Source: Phoronis australis
Lineage: Eukaryota > Animalia > Phoronida
Assembly (NCBI GenBank): GCA_002633005.1
Contig: NMRA01000550.1
Span: 122,134 to 186,133 of the forward strand
Direction of reading: 5' to 3'
Length of the DNA: 64,000 nucleotides
This document shows, one piece after another, positions 28,266-40,983 of the stretch; within the stretch, counting starts at the first letter, position 1, and the number at the start of each line of letters is the position of its first letter. The position numbers were made by a program, and so were the translations under genes. The notes below the pieces were generated by a model. That model did not search any database. It saw only the letters and a list, made by a program, of their open reading frames with translations, and was not told where the DNA came from.

Positions 28266-30186
28266 AGCTGTGTGGACAATAGTGCCTGGTGACCACTCCA
28301 GAAAGGTGTCCATTGTTCAAGGTGTAAGGAGTTCAGAGCACTATTACATAAGTGCCAAGAGTGACCCAGCTGGTGGAGAGGTCCTTTCAATGGACCCTTA
28401 CTTTCAGCTGCTTTTGTGGCCCCTTCAAATTGTGGCTAAAAAATTCAAAACTTGTCTTAGAGTGGCTATGCATTTGGTGGGATTTCAATGAAAATTACAT
28501 TTTATTGTGAGCAACACACAGATAGACTGGTTCTCCTTTAATTTATTAATTTATATGTGTTGCATGCAGTTGGTTATGTTTTGTGTCAGGAAATGTGTTT
28601 GAGAGCCATCAAGCACTTGCAGTGTTGCAGCAGGTTTTTGTTATGTTGTCCCGCGGTGTTGGCGGGATTATCCGTGCTTGACGAGCGATGGATTTGAGCA
28701 TCTCACTTGCTCCTGTCGCTGGGTCATAATTTGTCATTCTCAGGTGTGCAGAACAGGCGTGTCCACTCCGCAGTTGTCTGTCTGGAGAGGTGCAGTTTAC
28801 CCCTGCAACCACTCCTCTGTCCAACTCAAGTACTGTCAGCTGTGTCTATCTGAGGATTATCTGGGATGGCTTTGATTTATTCTCCGGGTGAAAAACACCT
28901 ATGTAAATAGATGAGAAAGAATTTAAATTGCTTGTCAAATGCTGAAATTCTCTCTGTGTGTGTTTACAGACTGGCATATCCCAATAAAGTGTGCTGTTAT
29001 ACCAACACTTTTGGCTGATTTATGACTTGTGAAATTACAAAAATTGACTGATTTTTTATTGAGACATCCCTTTAACATGAAACTTGTTTTAACATAACAG
29101 AAACTTAAAAAAACTTGATTTTTACCATACGTCATAATTTATGTTGGTTATGATTCACACTCGAGAAATTTTTGTGTGAAGTTTTTCAAATGCTTTTGGC
29201 GGGAATTTTTCTTCTCTCTTGACAAATATTCAAAGCACCATTACAGGGTGGCGTTTTCACACATTTGAAAGGAGAGTGGAAAAGATTTGTAGTGGAAGAC
29301 AATGAACTAGTGGCGGAGATAGGTGTCCGCCCTTTTAGGTCGAGTTTTGTTGGATTGTGTGCAAATATTGATGTGTTTCCTTCTTGTGTACAGTACTTCA
29401 GGCTGGTTGCAAGCACATTAGCTTGATCAAATAGAACGAGGAGACTGAGTCTAATTCATAGGTAAACAGGCGCACTATAGGGGCATTCACCTTAGTAAAA
29501 CGGCTGCATTGCTGAGTCGTCAAATGACAAAGATGAAAGGCGTTTTTAACTATTAATGGCTTTAGCATGCCTATCTGGAGTGCTCGTAGGTGCGAGTTCT
29601 GTTCTGGTGCCAAGGGTTAATTTTTGTTGAGTTCCTATTGGGTCAAAGCTTAATCGGGGAGGGGGGGGGGGGACGGGCACACCTGTTGTGACCAGCTGCC
29701 ATCAAAGGGGAATTTGACAAATAGGAATTCTTGGAGTTATGCCCATGATACCTTGGTGTGTTGTCATTATTTCTACATCACAGTGAGCCCCGCGTGCCTT
29801 TCATCACAATGACTCGCTCCATGACTATCCAACTGTCATAGTACAGTTAACAGGACTAAAGCGGCCATAAACCAATGCTCTGTCGAAAAAGAGAACTTTT
29901 ATATTTGATTTGACGACTTACCGCTATAGGTCTTGACTTGGGAAGAGATTTCTGTGTTTGCAAGCAACTCATTGTTCATTATTCTGTCAGACCAGGCTTG
30001 GTGCTCAACATGACATATTGTGAGAGTCCAACTTGTGGAAAGTACTAACAAGCTGCTAGTTCTTTCAAAGCTTTGAAATTGGCTCTAATTTGACAAAGGA
30101 ACAATTTGAGACCAATGGGTAAATGGCCTATGGTAAATCTAAAGTTATTTTGTTTTCTGTTTTCAATATTACTTATATGCTACTTT

Positions 30187-30300
30187 TGGTAATGGTCTGA
30201 TATAATGCGCCCCGAATTTTGAGAACCAGTTTTCTCCACTGAATAACGGGCATCAAACTGGTTCTCAAAATCCGGACACGTTATGTCAGACTCTTGCCCT
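30187..30300. mobile_element. Hairpin MITE, copy 1
   Basis: Self-complementary TTTTGAGAACCAGTTT...AAACTGGTTCTCAAAA core. Confidence 0.8.
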
Positions 30301-30509
30301 GCTTACTCATTATTCAAACTCAGAAGTGACTTCTCTTACCTTTCCCACTGTCTCTGGTAGTCATAGGAATTTAACGTGTATTTAGGTTCAAGAGTTATGC
30401 TTTCCAACTGACTGAAACTTCACCACGCGGGAATTGTAATGCTGTTGGGAAAGTAACATAGGTTCTTATTATTAAGTAGCTGTAATTAATAATATCCGGT
30501 AGTGTAGGC

Positions 30510-30622
30510 TAGGGCAATAGTCTGATATAACGTGTCCGTATTTTGAGAACCAGTTTGATGCTCGTTATTCAGTGGAGAAAACTGGTTCTCAATATTCAGG
30601 CACGTTATACCAGCCCATTGCC
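30510..30622. mobile_element. Hairpin MITE, copy 2 (inverted relative to copy 1)
   Basis: Near reverse complement of 30187-30300, including the loop. Confidence 0.8.
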
Positions 30623-31990
30623 GTAAGCTGGCAGTACTATTGAAAGATGCCCTGCTTTGGTTTTCCAATTTTGAATCGGCACTTAAATGATTGTTGCTAT
30701 TTTTAATGCTTTTTCAAGCTGGATGGAAAAGTTTGTACGATACTTCCTTGGTTAAGTTCCAAGGTTTAAAAATTGGGCAAAAAATATGCTTGTGATATTA
30801 AAATTTTAAGTTGTTCTAGATTCTGTGCTTGCCTGAATGTGAATAGTATTGGCCACAGCTGGTTTGTTGTTTCTTTGGGTTTTCAACAGTCCAGAATAAT
30901 TGTGTAACACATCTTAGTGAGTGGAAGGTACAAGGAACTAAACATGTCAGTGAATGGCTCCTTGTGTTGATGTGAGCACCTTCTGTTGTGTTGGGATGGC
31001 CTTGTATGTGAAGGGGCTACAGTCCCTGGCTCACACCTGTGTGTAGGGACAATGGCAAGGGTTGCAAACTATGGAGAGGTTATGAGATCAGTTCAAGTCT
31101 TGTACACAGTGACAGGGATTATTGGAGAACTTTCACAATGACAGTTGTAAACACAGGCCTGTTCTCTCTTGATGAGAAGTCCAACTGAGTTTGATCAGCT
31201 GGCCAGGTGATTAGCATTCTTGAATTTGGAACGCTTGTTTTCACTGCTGAGATGAATATATGTATTTAATTAATTTAATCTACAACCATTGATTGAGATC
31301 TGTAGCTTGATTGTATTTATGTAATTAAGATCACTGGATACTATTGTGCTAGTGTTTGAGTTCTGTTTAATGTGCTTTGCAATGACTAGGTCCAGTTAGT
31401 GAATGGGAACTTGAGTTTTTAATTAAACTGTCGCTATGAAAATCCATATTACCAATATTGTGAATTTATTATACAAACTCCATTCACAAGGTAATCATGG
31501 CACATGTGAGCCATTGCTAATCTGCTTACAAACATGCAGATCTAATTGATAGCCGCGCATCTCAACTAAAAGTGCAACTTAGGCAATAATTGATAGTTAT
31601 AATGTCACCTTGGTCGCGGTGAGCTGTCATCTGGTGTGAAGCACACATTTATTCCTGGTATAAAAGAGGACTGTTGGGATCCCATACAAGTGTTTTCTAC
31701 TGTTGGGGCATACCCTGGTAGCTTTACTATTGTAGATACACTCGGTTTGACAACTGAGTGTAGCATGTAACACTAAAGCACCTCTGTACAAGGGCATGGG
31801 CTCCTATCTATGTAAAAACTATGTCCACTTGATAGGCCACTTCAGATGTCTCAACACGGATACATCACATCTCTCCACTGTTGGCCTGTGCTGGCCTTTC
31901 AGCATTGTTGTACTCTCACACAGTGCATCTAAACTCTGCTGTTCATTGCTTTTGTCCAGCATGTCTGAGGTCTTTAAGCCCAGGGTAGAG

Positions 31991-32175
31991 TTCAGTAACA
32001 CTAGGACCTCGCTAAAAAGTAGGACTTTGCGAGATATTCCTGTGTATTTTAAATGAGAGTGTTAAAAAGCAAGACTCCATGAGATTTTGGGAGATATTCC
32101 TGTGTATTTTGAACCGGAGCACGCAAGTTTGGCTAGGTTTTAGCGAGGGCCTAGTGTAGGTCCTAAGTTACTGTA
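31991..32175. mobile_element. MITE, TTCAGTAAC(G/A)CTAGGACCT family
   Basis: Terminal inverted repeats; internal partial duplication; homologous to 56641-56776 in inverse orientation. Confidence 0.7.
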
Positions 32176-32480
32176 TTCTCCCTTGTTTTGAGTCATTGTG
32201 GTAAACAGTTTGATTAAGCCATGGCAAGTTTGACTTGGCTGAAATTCCTGAAAACATCACGATGAGTATGAAGTTGAGAGAAAGTCATTTTGTTAAGTTC
32301 ATACGCACTTTTAATGACATTGGCATGGCTTCAGAACTAAGGAAGAGTTCGTTTGCAAAACTGATGAATGCCACTTTATGGGGGTAGTGGCGTTCATCGG
32401 TCTTTGAAAACGATAGTGGAAGTAGAAGTCCTGGGTATTTTCAAATGAATTTATCCCATATTCTTAGTCTCATTCAGATG

Positions 32481-32864
32481 CAGGCCTTTATCCAGGATTT
32501 CGAAAATAGGGTGTATTCCAGGGCGTCCATGATTCCGACGCGTAACTCCCCACCCCAAAAATCCCCCCAAAACACAGATTTTTTTACCAAAAATTGCATA
32601 GACCAAGGTTTTTACAATGCTATCAACCAAGTGTGAGCATAGCTTTATATATACATTGTATATTTCTTCCTGCTTTGAAAAAAGAGCCACCACTGTAAGT
32701 CTCTATAGGCTTCCTAGTAATCATTACAATGTGTGTGTCCAAACTTGAAAGGTTCCTATTGATAGTGGGCGTCCAAATGATACATTGGGCATCCTTGCAA
32801 GGGCCTCCATATTAGTGCTAGGGCTCCATTTAGACGCCCAGGACCTACTGTGCATAAAGGCCTG
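32481..32864. mobile_element. Non-autonomous hAT-like element
   Basis: TIR CAGGCCTTTAT...ATAAAGGCCTG; perfect 8-bp TSD TTCAGATG. Confidence 0.88.
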
Positions 32865-32967
32865 TTCAGATGTCCCCCTGCCCAAATGTGTACTATAATT
32901 TCTGCTATTTATATGAACTTATACAATCCTGCTGTGTTCTAACTGTTCTTTGTTGTTTTTTCCACAG

Positions 32968-33039
32968 AGACCTGAGTAACAACAAACTCAACTCAAGTCA
33001 TGCCTTAATGTTCAGGCACTTACCTCATCTGCAAGAACT
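32968..33039 (+). CDS. LRIG: LRIG exon 3 (one LRR, 72 nt)
   Basis: TTTTTCCACAG acceptor; DLSNNKLNSSHALMFRHLPHLQEL; GTAAGT donor. Confidence 0.9.
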
Positions 33040-33338
33040 GTAAGTTCACTTTGTACACTTTATAGGGATCCAGGGGCTGGTACTTTTGTTTTGAATGGAA
33101 GTTAGAATATTATTGATTTGTTTGGTCTTCCTGGTGACAAAGTTTGCCAAACAGGAATCTAAGTTTGCACCACCCAGGTCAATTGATTTTTAAGTGTTGA
33201 CTGCTTTGTTTTAGTCATTGTAAATTGCTTTATGTCAAGTCTTCTGTTTCAGCACAATGTGTTACACCAAGATTTCACCCTCTGATTTCTGTCTCTCTGT
33301 TTTGTGGGTTTAGTGAAATGTGATTTATCTCATTTCAG

Positions 33339-33410
33339 AAAATTGGCGTTTAACCGCTTCACAGAAATACCTCTGCTTACATCAAACACAAATCTCACTA
33401 AGCTAGTCCT
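33339..33410 (+). CDS. LRIG: LRIG exon 4 (one LRR, 72 nt)
   Basis: TTTCAG acceptor; KLAFNRFTEIPLLTSNTNLTKLVL; GTAAGT donor. Confidence 0.9.
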
Positions 33411-34335
33411 GTAAGTATTCTCTGATTACTGATAGTCCATGTTTTATTTGTGTGCCAACTTGCTTCCAGAAGTTGGTTTATCCACACAAGTTCACTAACT
33501 GTTTATTTCCACACACACTGTACTCGTTACCTCTGGTCACGTGACTGGTTGGCATGACGACCGCTGATGATCCCAACATGTCAGCCTGCCAGCACAATGC
33601 CTGACCTAACCAGCCCTGGATGGTTCAACTTATCTTGTTAGTCGCTTGGCCATCCCTCGCAAGCGGCATATGAAACCAAGGTGTTCTGGCTTTCTCTGAC
33701 ATTTGCCTCAATCACAGTGGTAACAATTGCCAGCCGTCTTCCCAGGCTTTTTTACCACTTCAAGATGTGCGGGTTGCCTGGCCAGCATTAGGCCCTCTTC
33801 ACAAACACCTCTGACCCTCATTAGGCATGTGGTTTCAACTTGACTGTGATTGGATAATCACCTGCCATTCTAATGGTTGCCTCATTTCTGCATTTTCCTG
33901 ATTATCTTCACTTGGCCCAGCCCGGTAAAAAAAGAGGCGCCACTTTGATAATTGCCATTTGTAACACTTTTTAAATTGTCTCCATTTATGTGTCTCATTT
34001 GTCAGGTAATCCATGCCTGTATCCAATTTGACCAAAGGCTTACAATTGACCAAGGCCAGGTTGAACATAAGGTGGACAGTTATTGACTTAAATTTCCCAG
34101 TTGCCGTCAATTGTCCAGTTGTTGTAGCACTTGAAATATAACTAATGCTGCAGACAATGCCTCGCCTTGCATAGTCTCTCCGTATGTGCCTGTCCACCAG
34201 ATGGCTCTGTCATCCCGGGCAGTCACGGTCGACGCACATCAAAGCCTGCTCACACATCAGATCAAAGCCAGCACCACACCTGTGCAAGTCGATGGCTGGC
34301 ACTGTTCAAGTGCTCCCTAATGCACTACCAGGCTA

Positions 34336-34415
34336 ATGCACATCCTCGTAACTCTACCAGCTGCTGTAGAGTGCATGCACATCCTCGTAACTCTATCAGC
34401 TGCTGTAGAGTGCAT
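34336..34415. repeat. 39-bp tandem duplication
   Basis: ATGCACATCCTCGTAACTCTA(C/T)CAGCTGCTGTAGAGTGC twice. Confidence 0.9.
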
Positions 34416-35228
34416 TACGGGGACTTGCGGTCCAGCCAGCATTGACCCATCAAGGCTTTCACGCAGTAAACAGTGACCTGAACTCTATGTGTTGGGAAAC
34501 AACAATGGGCATTTTTAGCTCAGTCATCAGATCTGCTCTGAGGCTTCCCATAACTTGATTACTCAGTGGACATTTGTCAGTCAGTCATTCAAGTCTGTAT
34601 TTCTTAATTACCTCGTGCAGTCCTTGGAATTACATGGCTATATGTGCTATTTACTGCGGCATCTGCATTGGACATCAGCTTACTCAAAGGCTCTTAGTTA
34701 GATGATAACGCAATTTGCTCAGACACTGAAATAGCAGGATATGATCAAAAGATTCTTTGGTGGTCGTGAACAAGTGCGTTTCATTGATTCCGCGATTCTC
34801 CGTGGCGGGAATTGCATGCAGCATTGCACTAGTGTAGTAAGCCGCCGTTTCCATGGCAACGATCTAGGGTGGAATTAAGGTTTGTGTGCACAATTGCAGA
34901 ATCTGTGAAAAAAATGATGTTTTAAATTAGTCGGAGTAATCAAATTGTCATTGTAATACGGCGGAATGAATGGACATTCTGTGGACTAGCATGCTTCGGA
35001 TGAGCAGTGCATTTCTCTACATGAGAACGATCAAACCATGTTTTTTTGGTGGGGGATTTTGTCCTTGTTGCTTTTTGATTGCAAGGGTTTATATGATCAG
35101 AAATGTCCTTTTGCTTGCAATCCTTATAAAATGTTGATCTCATAGTGTCATCTGTACTTTTAATGTTTGTCCAACACAACCAGTTGAGTGTAGCGCTGGT
35201 CACTAACGTGGTTCGTGTTTTCTTCTAG

Positions 35229-35366
35229 TCATCACAATCGCATCACATTCATCGACAGTGGTCGACTACACTATCTGACCAGACTGAGGGAGCTGGATCT
35301 CAAACATAACCTCATTACCGACTTGCCCAATACTACCTTCCCAGCAGGTTTACCTTTGGAGCACCT
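35229..35366 (+). CDS. LRIG: LRIG exon 5 (two LRRs)
   Basis: TTCTTCTAG acceptor; HHNRITFIDSGRLHYLTRLRELDLKHNLITDLPNTTFPAGLPLEHL; GTAAGT donor. Confidence 0.9.
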
Positions 35367-35392
35367 GTAAGTACGAATATACCCAACAGTGC

Positions 35393-35600
35393 GTATGGCT
35401 ACCATACAATATGACTGCTATGTGGTATTGTCGTCCTACAGATTGACTGCCTAGCAATAGGGCCGCCACATAGTAGGACTGCCGTACAGCATGGCTGCTA
35501 CAAAATGTGGTAGCCCAGCAATATGGCCGCCATATAGTATGACGGTCATACAGAATGGCTGCCACTAAGCCTGGCTTCCAAGCTATATGGCCATCACAAT
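35393..35600. repeat. Degenerate 16-bp tandem repeat (ATGGCTGCCATACAGT-like)
   Basis: About 13 diverged units just 3' of the exon 5 donor. Confidence 0.7.
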
Positions 35601-35854
35601 CTGTGTTGGTTGTTGAACAGTGCTATCAATGTAGAAATGCCATTATCACATATCTTTTATTTACTAGTTGACAGTGATTGAATCATTATTATTAAATTGC
35701 TTATTCAAGTGTTCCATGCACTGTAAGTCGAAACAAATTGGAGTACTCAAAAGAAAGAAAGGCAGTTTACTGGCTTTGCAAGAGTTATGCTGTAACCATT
35801 ATGATCAACATTGTTGACCTTGGAGGCCGTCATGTTGATGGCCTAATAGAAAAT

Positions 35855-35945
35855 TGGGCGATAGTCGAATATTATGTGCCCACATTTTGGGAACCAGTTT
35901 GGTGCCTGCTATTCAGTGGGAAAAAATGGTTCTCAAAATGGGGGC
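35855..35945. mobile_element. Hairpin MITE, diverged copy 3
   Basis: TTTTGGGAACCAGTTTGGTGCCTGCTATTCAGTGGGAAAAAATGGTTCTCAAAA aligns to copy 2. Confidence 0.7.
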
Positions 35946-36426
35946 AGGCTGTGACGGGGTCTGCCTGCAGTGTCATTTGGTACACCTGTGGTTGCCACTA
36001 AATACCTTTGAAGCGACATTTATGTCTTCACTGTGACAAATCACCTGGTGCCTCTCTCACACCTGTGGTCAGCGTAAAGTGTTTGTGGGTCACTAACCCT
36101 CTGTTTTGTGAGTGTTGGAGTGGCAGATTCGCTAGCCAGCTGTCCTGTCACTGTTGGTGGTGGGTTGCAGGATGGGGAGGTTTTCATTATGACATTATGG
36201 ATGATGGATTCTTCTTGACAAGAGGGTTAATTGTTAGTGTGTTGATGAACTAATTCTGAGCATTTTGACCACACTTTCTTGCATTTCCAGACTCTCGTTC
36301 TGCTAATTGTGGAAGAAAAAGGTTGCTTGAAGGAAATAAAAAGTAGACCAAATACTTTTAACATTCTGTGTCGTGGATGTGCTAACTGCGCAAATTGTAT
36401 CTCGTGTTTTTAACCATCTTTTGCAG

Positions 36427-36570
36427 ATCTCTGAGCAATAACAAAATTCGTCATGTGACGCGTGACGTCTTCCACAACATCACATCGCTCAAGTCACTAA
36501 AGTTGAACAAGAATCTGTTGACCAGCATTGAGCACAAGCCGTTCTCGCAGTTAGCGTCGCTGAAGACCCT
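36427..36570 (+). CDS. LRIG: LRIG exon 6 (two LRRs, 144 nt)
   Basis: TTTTGCAG acceptor; SLSNNKIRHVTRDVFHNITSLKSLKLNKNLLTSIEHKPFSQLASLKTL; GTAAGT donor. Confidence 0.9.
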
Positions 36571-36685
36571 GTAAGTACCGAGGGAAAGATGGGTCTCGTT
36601 TTGACAGAATGCGCTAAAGCCCATGAATGTTTGTTGATCAAACGTGTTGTAACAGGGGTTGCACATTTGTTCATGAATATGGTGA

Positions 36686-37020
36686 TGATTGTAGAGAGTT
36701 GATATACTGAGGTGGCACATTTGATATTTGTAGAGAGTTGATGTACTGCGATGGCATATTTGATATTTGTAGAGAGTTGATGTGCTGAGATGGCATATTG
36801 GATATTTGTAGAGAGTTATGCATACTGAGATGGCACATTTGATATTTGTAGAGAGTTGATATACTGAGGTGGCACATTTGATATTTGTAGAGAGTTGATG
36901 TACTGAGATGGCATATTTGATATTTGTAGAGAGTTGATGTACTGAGATGGCATATTTGATATTTGTAGAGAGTTATGCATACTGAGATGGCACATTTGAT
37001 ATTTGTAGAGAGTTGATGCG
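36686..37020. repeat. 39/40-bp minisatellite, 9 acceptor-containing units, overlapping the start of LRIG exon 7
   Basis: GTAGAGAGTT recurs at 36691, 36730, 36769, 36808, 36848, 36887, 36926, 36965 and 37005. Confidence 0.97.
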
Positions 37021-37152
37021 TAACCACATTGGCAAGTTGACAGGCATGAACTTTGAGGGACTGTCGAGCCTACAGACATTGAAACTACGTCGTAATAAGT
37101 TGGTGATCAGTCAAGATGCACCGTTCTACGGTCTTGTCAAGCTTCAGTACCT
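37009..37152 (+). CDS. LRIG: LRIG exon 7 (two LRRs, 144 nt)
   Basis: TTTGTAG acceptor (last unit of a minisatellite); ELMRNHIGKLTGMNFEGLSSLQTLKLRRNKLVISQDAPFYGLVKLQYL; GTAAGT donor. Confidence 0.9.
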
Positions 37153-37452
37153 GTAAGTATATATTCACTACTACACTGTTCGCTGACTGTCAGTCATGCA
37201 ACCCACAACAGATTTCCTATTACATAGGCCCTGTCATACCTCGTTGATTGTTGTTTTAACATTTTGTTAGCTTTCCATTGCCTTTTAGTTGGGGGGCTAA
37301 TATTGGGCACTCTGTGCGATATTTTTTATTCAAGCAGTACCATTTTGAAATTGATCTCGGTGTTGGCATTGACTGAGCGACCAGTTTTTCTTACCTCGTC
37401 AACCTGAAGAGTGCATTTCAAATAAATACTGGTGACAGGCTGGTGCAACATT

Positions 37453-37611
37453 CAGGGGCAAATCCAGGATTTTGAGTTGAGGGGGGGGGCAGGGCAGAGT
37501 ATTAGGCAGGATTTTGACTGTCAAACATTCGCGTCCCCGAACTGCCACTTGGAATCTGGGAGAATTTGGGGGGGGCATGGCCTCCTTGGCCCCCCTCTAA
37601 ATCCGCCACTG
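37453..37611. mobile_element. MITE with G/C-run subterminal regions
   Basis: CAGGGGCAAATCCAG...TAAATCCGCCACTG imperfect TIRs. Confidence 0.65.
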
Positions 37612-37693
37612 CATTGTATTGTGTATGATGTGCAGTTCGTATAGTGGCCTTCTGGTGTCCCTCCTCTCAGTTATCTGTGGGTTCTCTTTGTAG

Positions 37694-37765
37694 ACAACTT
37701 GACGGTAACAAGGTGACCAGGCTGGACAACAAACTGATCTATGGATTGGACAGTATACAGGATCT
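37694..37765 (+). CDS. LRIG: LRIG exon 8 (one LRR, 72 nt)
   Basis: CTCTTTGTAG acceptor; QLDGNKVTRLDNKLIYGLDSIQDL; GTAAGT donor. Confidence 0.9.
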
Positions 37766-40436
37766 GTAAGTTGACATTTATTTTTTAGAATTAGAATGTT
37801 TCCTAGAATATATTGGACCAATCCGACCAATAATGGATTTCTAAGATTAATGAAAATTTCTGATCCCAGTGTGCTTAAAAACCTAATCAAATTTGTATAC
37901 CATGCTTCTGTTTTAAAACAAAAACTACTTGACGATTGAAACTACTACACATGCGTATGGGTATTAATTGTATTTTATTGTTGTGTTTGATATGTAAGTA
38001 CGATGGCCTTGAGTGTGAATAAAGGTCGGTATGAACTGTAATTTGACATTTAATTAACTAGAGGCCCGTCATTCACATGGGTTGGCTGCTACTGTGGCTG
38101 TAACTTGATATCTTTCACTGGTGGTTATTATCGTGGAGACGAGCCCACATGTCATTGACACTGGGGTTACTTTGACACGTTCATTCGAGATTCTTGTGGT
38201 CAATCTGTCCAGCTTGTAAGAGATGAGTAGAGAGCGAATGGTTATGAGATGGCCAGGTTTGGTGGTGTGCATGTGAACGTATCTGTGAAGTGTGGCGTGT
38301 CTGTCGTGTCATTGTGAATTACTTGTGAAGCTCCTGCGTAGTCGTGCTAGACCCAGTTCCTTATCTTGCTCTTGTTTTTCCCTCAATGCTTTTTCTGGTG
38401 TTTATTCCATTTTCCCAGCCTGAGTGAAACGAGTGGCACTCGGTGAAGTTCCCTTTGAGTTTCACACATGTTTTCCTGATTACTGTGTTCAAACACGTTG
38501 ATGTGCCGTCAAGTCCTCCCCGGTGTTTGCCACTGGAAAGAGCACCATCTCTGCTTTGTAACGGTTCACTTGTCTTGGACGTTGCCAACACGTGTGGACT
38601 GTTTTGTTGGCAAAGCCCGTGTTTGGCTGGCCTTTCCCTCTCTCCCACAGCCAGTGTGGTTGAGTTTAAGGACAATAACTATTTCATTGTGTTATTTATC
38701 TTTGATGGTTGCTGCTTGCATGAGTGATGTGAAAACAAAGCCTTCTTACAAGTATGTCCAGGCACACATGTGTAAGCGTCCAGTAATGACTCAGCTCTGG
38801 CAAAACAGTTCTAGATAGCTGGCTCATCTGTTGAACAGACATCCTGCAGTTGAGTACAAACAGTCAGTTTTTGTCAAAATAGCAATTCTGGCTGGCCACA
38901 CGCTGTGCTATGCTGCAACGACAAACATGTGTGTTGCATTGCCTGCCACTACCCAGTCTCCTAATGTGTTTTGGCTGGGGAATGCCCATGATCTGGAATA
39001 ACACAGGCACAGCCCCTTCCCAGAACTAATGAGCGCAATGTTGTTCTTCCACCAGTGTTGCTGGTCAGGCAAGGGTTGGTGTTGGGCATAATGGCTGTTG
39101 GTAAAAAGAGGAACATTACCAGGACTGCTAACCAGGCCAATCAGGCATTTGGAAGGATTGTTATGATAATATGGGCTCTATTAGACCAGGCTGTGTACTA
39201 TCAACAGACTCCTAGAGTGGGTGGAGGGGTCGGGTTACATTCAGTATCAGTCTCAACACTTGCTCAATGTAGAACTGTAACCCAGTCATTGTGTCATGCA
39301 GTCTCTTTGAACAGAGTTTTATGTCAATATTTCTGGTGTTTCTCTGCTGATGAGTGACACAGTGCTGTTATGTAATGCAGTGGTTTGAGGACTCTTGACT
39401 GTCTCTACCTCATGTGCCCACTGTACATATTAGGCTTGCAATACAGTACATACTAGGTGTAAAGTGTCATTCCTTCCTCTGTTTTTTTTTCCTTTTTGTC
39501 TCCAAGTGAATGCCTATTTTGTGTTATCTCGGTTGTGGCTGAATAGTGTAGTTGATGACTCGTGTATAACACTTGTGTGCTGTTGTCTGATGTTGTAATA
39601 GGATGCCGCGTGTTCAGACTTTTGTCGAGGTATAAGAGGACATCCATACTTATTTTTTATCCAACTTAACGCGTTTCTGCTTGCCAAACCGTCAGATTTG
39701 ATAAGTGATCAACATTGATGCAAGTCGTCTCGGTGGTGTTGTGCGCCAATAGTTGTCTAGTCCATCACGCTCTGCTGGTTATATTAGATAACTCCCACCC
39801 AGCCTTGAGCTGTGGAGCCTGTTGCCCTCAGCTAATTCATTTATCACTGAAAAAATGGCACAGCTTTTCTTTGCTAGCAAAAGTGCTGGAGGTAGCCATG
39901 GAGCCGAGCTGTGTTTGTGGAGGGCATGATTGACAAGCCATGCCATCATGATGCTCAATCAGTTGTGTGGCTGTGGTAGGGCATCCTGAGGAAATCTTTG
40001 GCACACTTTTTCTTTTTAAACATAATCTTGTTGTTGTGGAGTGGCAAAGTTCACGACGTGAGATCTCGGTATGTTGCCACGAGGAGGGGTTAGGGAGAAG
40101 GGAGGGGTCAGGGGGCAAGGAGGGGTCACGAGGAAAGGCCTCCGTCGCTTTTGTTTTGTGTGAAAAAGGCACTGAACCCAGTTTCAGCAAATCAAAAAAT
40201 GTTACGTGATCATTTACGGCTTTAAAACAGAATGCTGTGCACCTCTCTTCAACCCTTGTAACGTTCAAGCAAGTCGAAAAACTCCTGTGAATCGCACGGT
40301 AATTGGCGAGTGTTGTTAATGCTCCGAGCGTGGTGACTGTTATCAGTTGGGGGGGTTCAAGGGTCTACGTGAAATCGTAGGATCCACTTTGTGACGCTGT
40401 TAGGAAAAAATTGAATAATGTTTCTCGTCTCTATGC

Positions 40437-40685
40437 CAGGACTTGGAATTTTCTTCTTTTAAAACGATTTCCTCTTTTTTGGTTTTGATTTCCTCGTAAC
40501 TGATTTCCAGTTTTCTCTTTTTTCATCTCTTTTTATCATTATTTTGACTTTATTGACGCAGAAATGTTTATTTCAGTTAAATTTTACAACGCAATAGATA
40601 TTTATCACGCAATCCTGTTTATTTGTGGAATGATACGTCACTTGGAAAATTTTCGTCTTTTTGTCATTTGTCTTTCCAAGCCCTG
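40437..40685 (+). mobile_element. About 250-bp MITE, CAGGGCTTGGAAT family (short subfamily)
   Basis: CAGGACTTGGAA...TTCCAAGCCCTG; homologous along its length to the reverse complement of 59490-59743. Confidence 0.8.
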
Positions 40686-40911
40686 CCATATGCATGTTCC
40701 ACGTATAAAATGGCATTTGACTAAATCAGCTTTTTAGCAAAACCGCCAAAATGGAGATTGATATTACTTTAGCTTGAGAGTGGCACAAGGCCTGTGTTAC
40801 TGTGGAAATCTGTGCTGTAAAAGCCGCTCATTAGTGTAAAATGCTCTGCGTTATTGTCACTCTGTGTTTGTCCCTGTTATTATTTTGATGGTTATTGCTG
40901 TTCTTGTGCAG

Positions 40912-40983
40912 GTATCTGTCGGCTAACACTATCTCCACCATCAGCAGTAACTGGATCAAGACCTTCTCAAGCCTCCGGACTTT
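40912..40983 (+). CDS. LRIG: LRIG exon 9 (one LRR, 72 nt)
   Basis: TTCTTGTGCAG acceptor; YLSANTISTISSNWIKTFSSLRTL; GTAAGT donor. Confidence 0.9.

Noticed and set aside
27777-28390. 171-aa and 163-aa ORFs as real genes
   Set aside because: They are alternative frames over the decayed THAP relic and show no domain-like content.
20028-32967. Nested gene or known microRNA in the 12.9-kb LRIG intron
   Set aside because: I recognised no coding frame or conserved mature miRNA by eye. A miRBase/Rfam search is needed to exclude one.
36686-37020. CRISPR-like array or repeat-protein ORFs (36671-37079, - strand)
   Set aside because: Units are contiguous with no unique spacers, there are no cas genes, and the context is a eukaryotic intron; the ORFs are by-products of the repeat.
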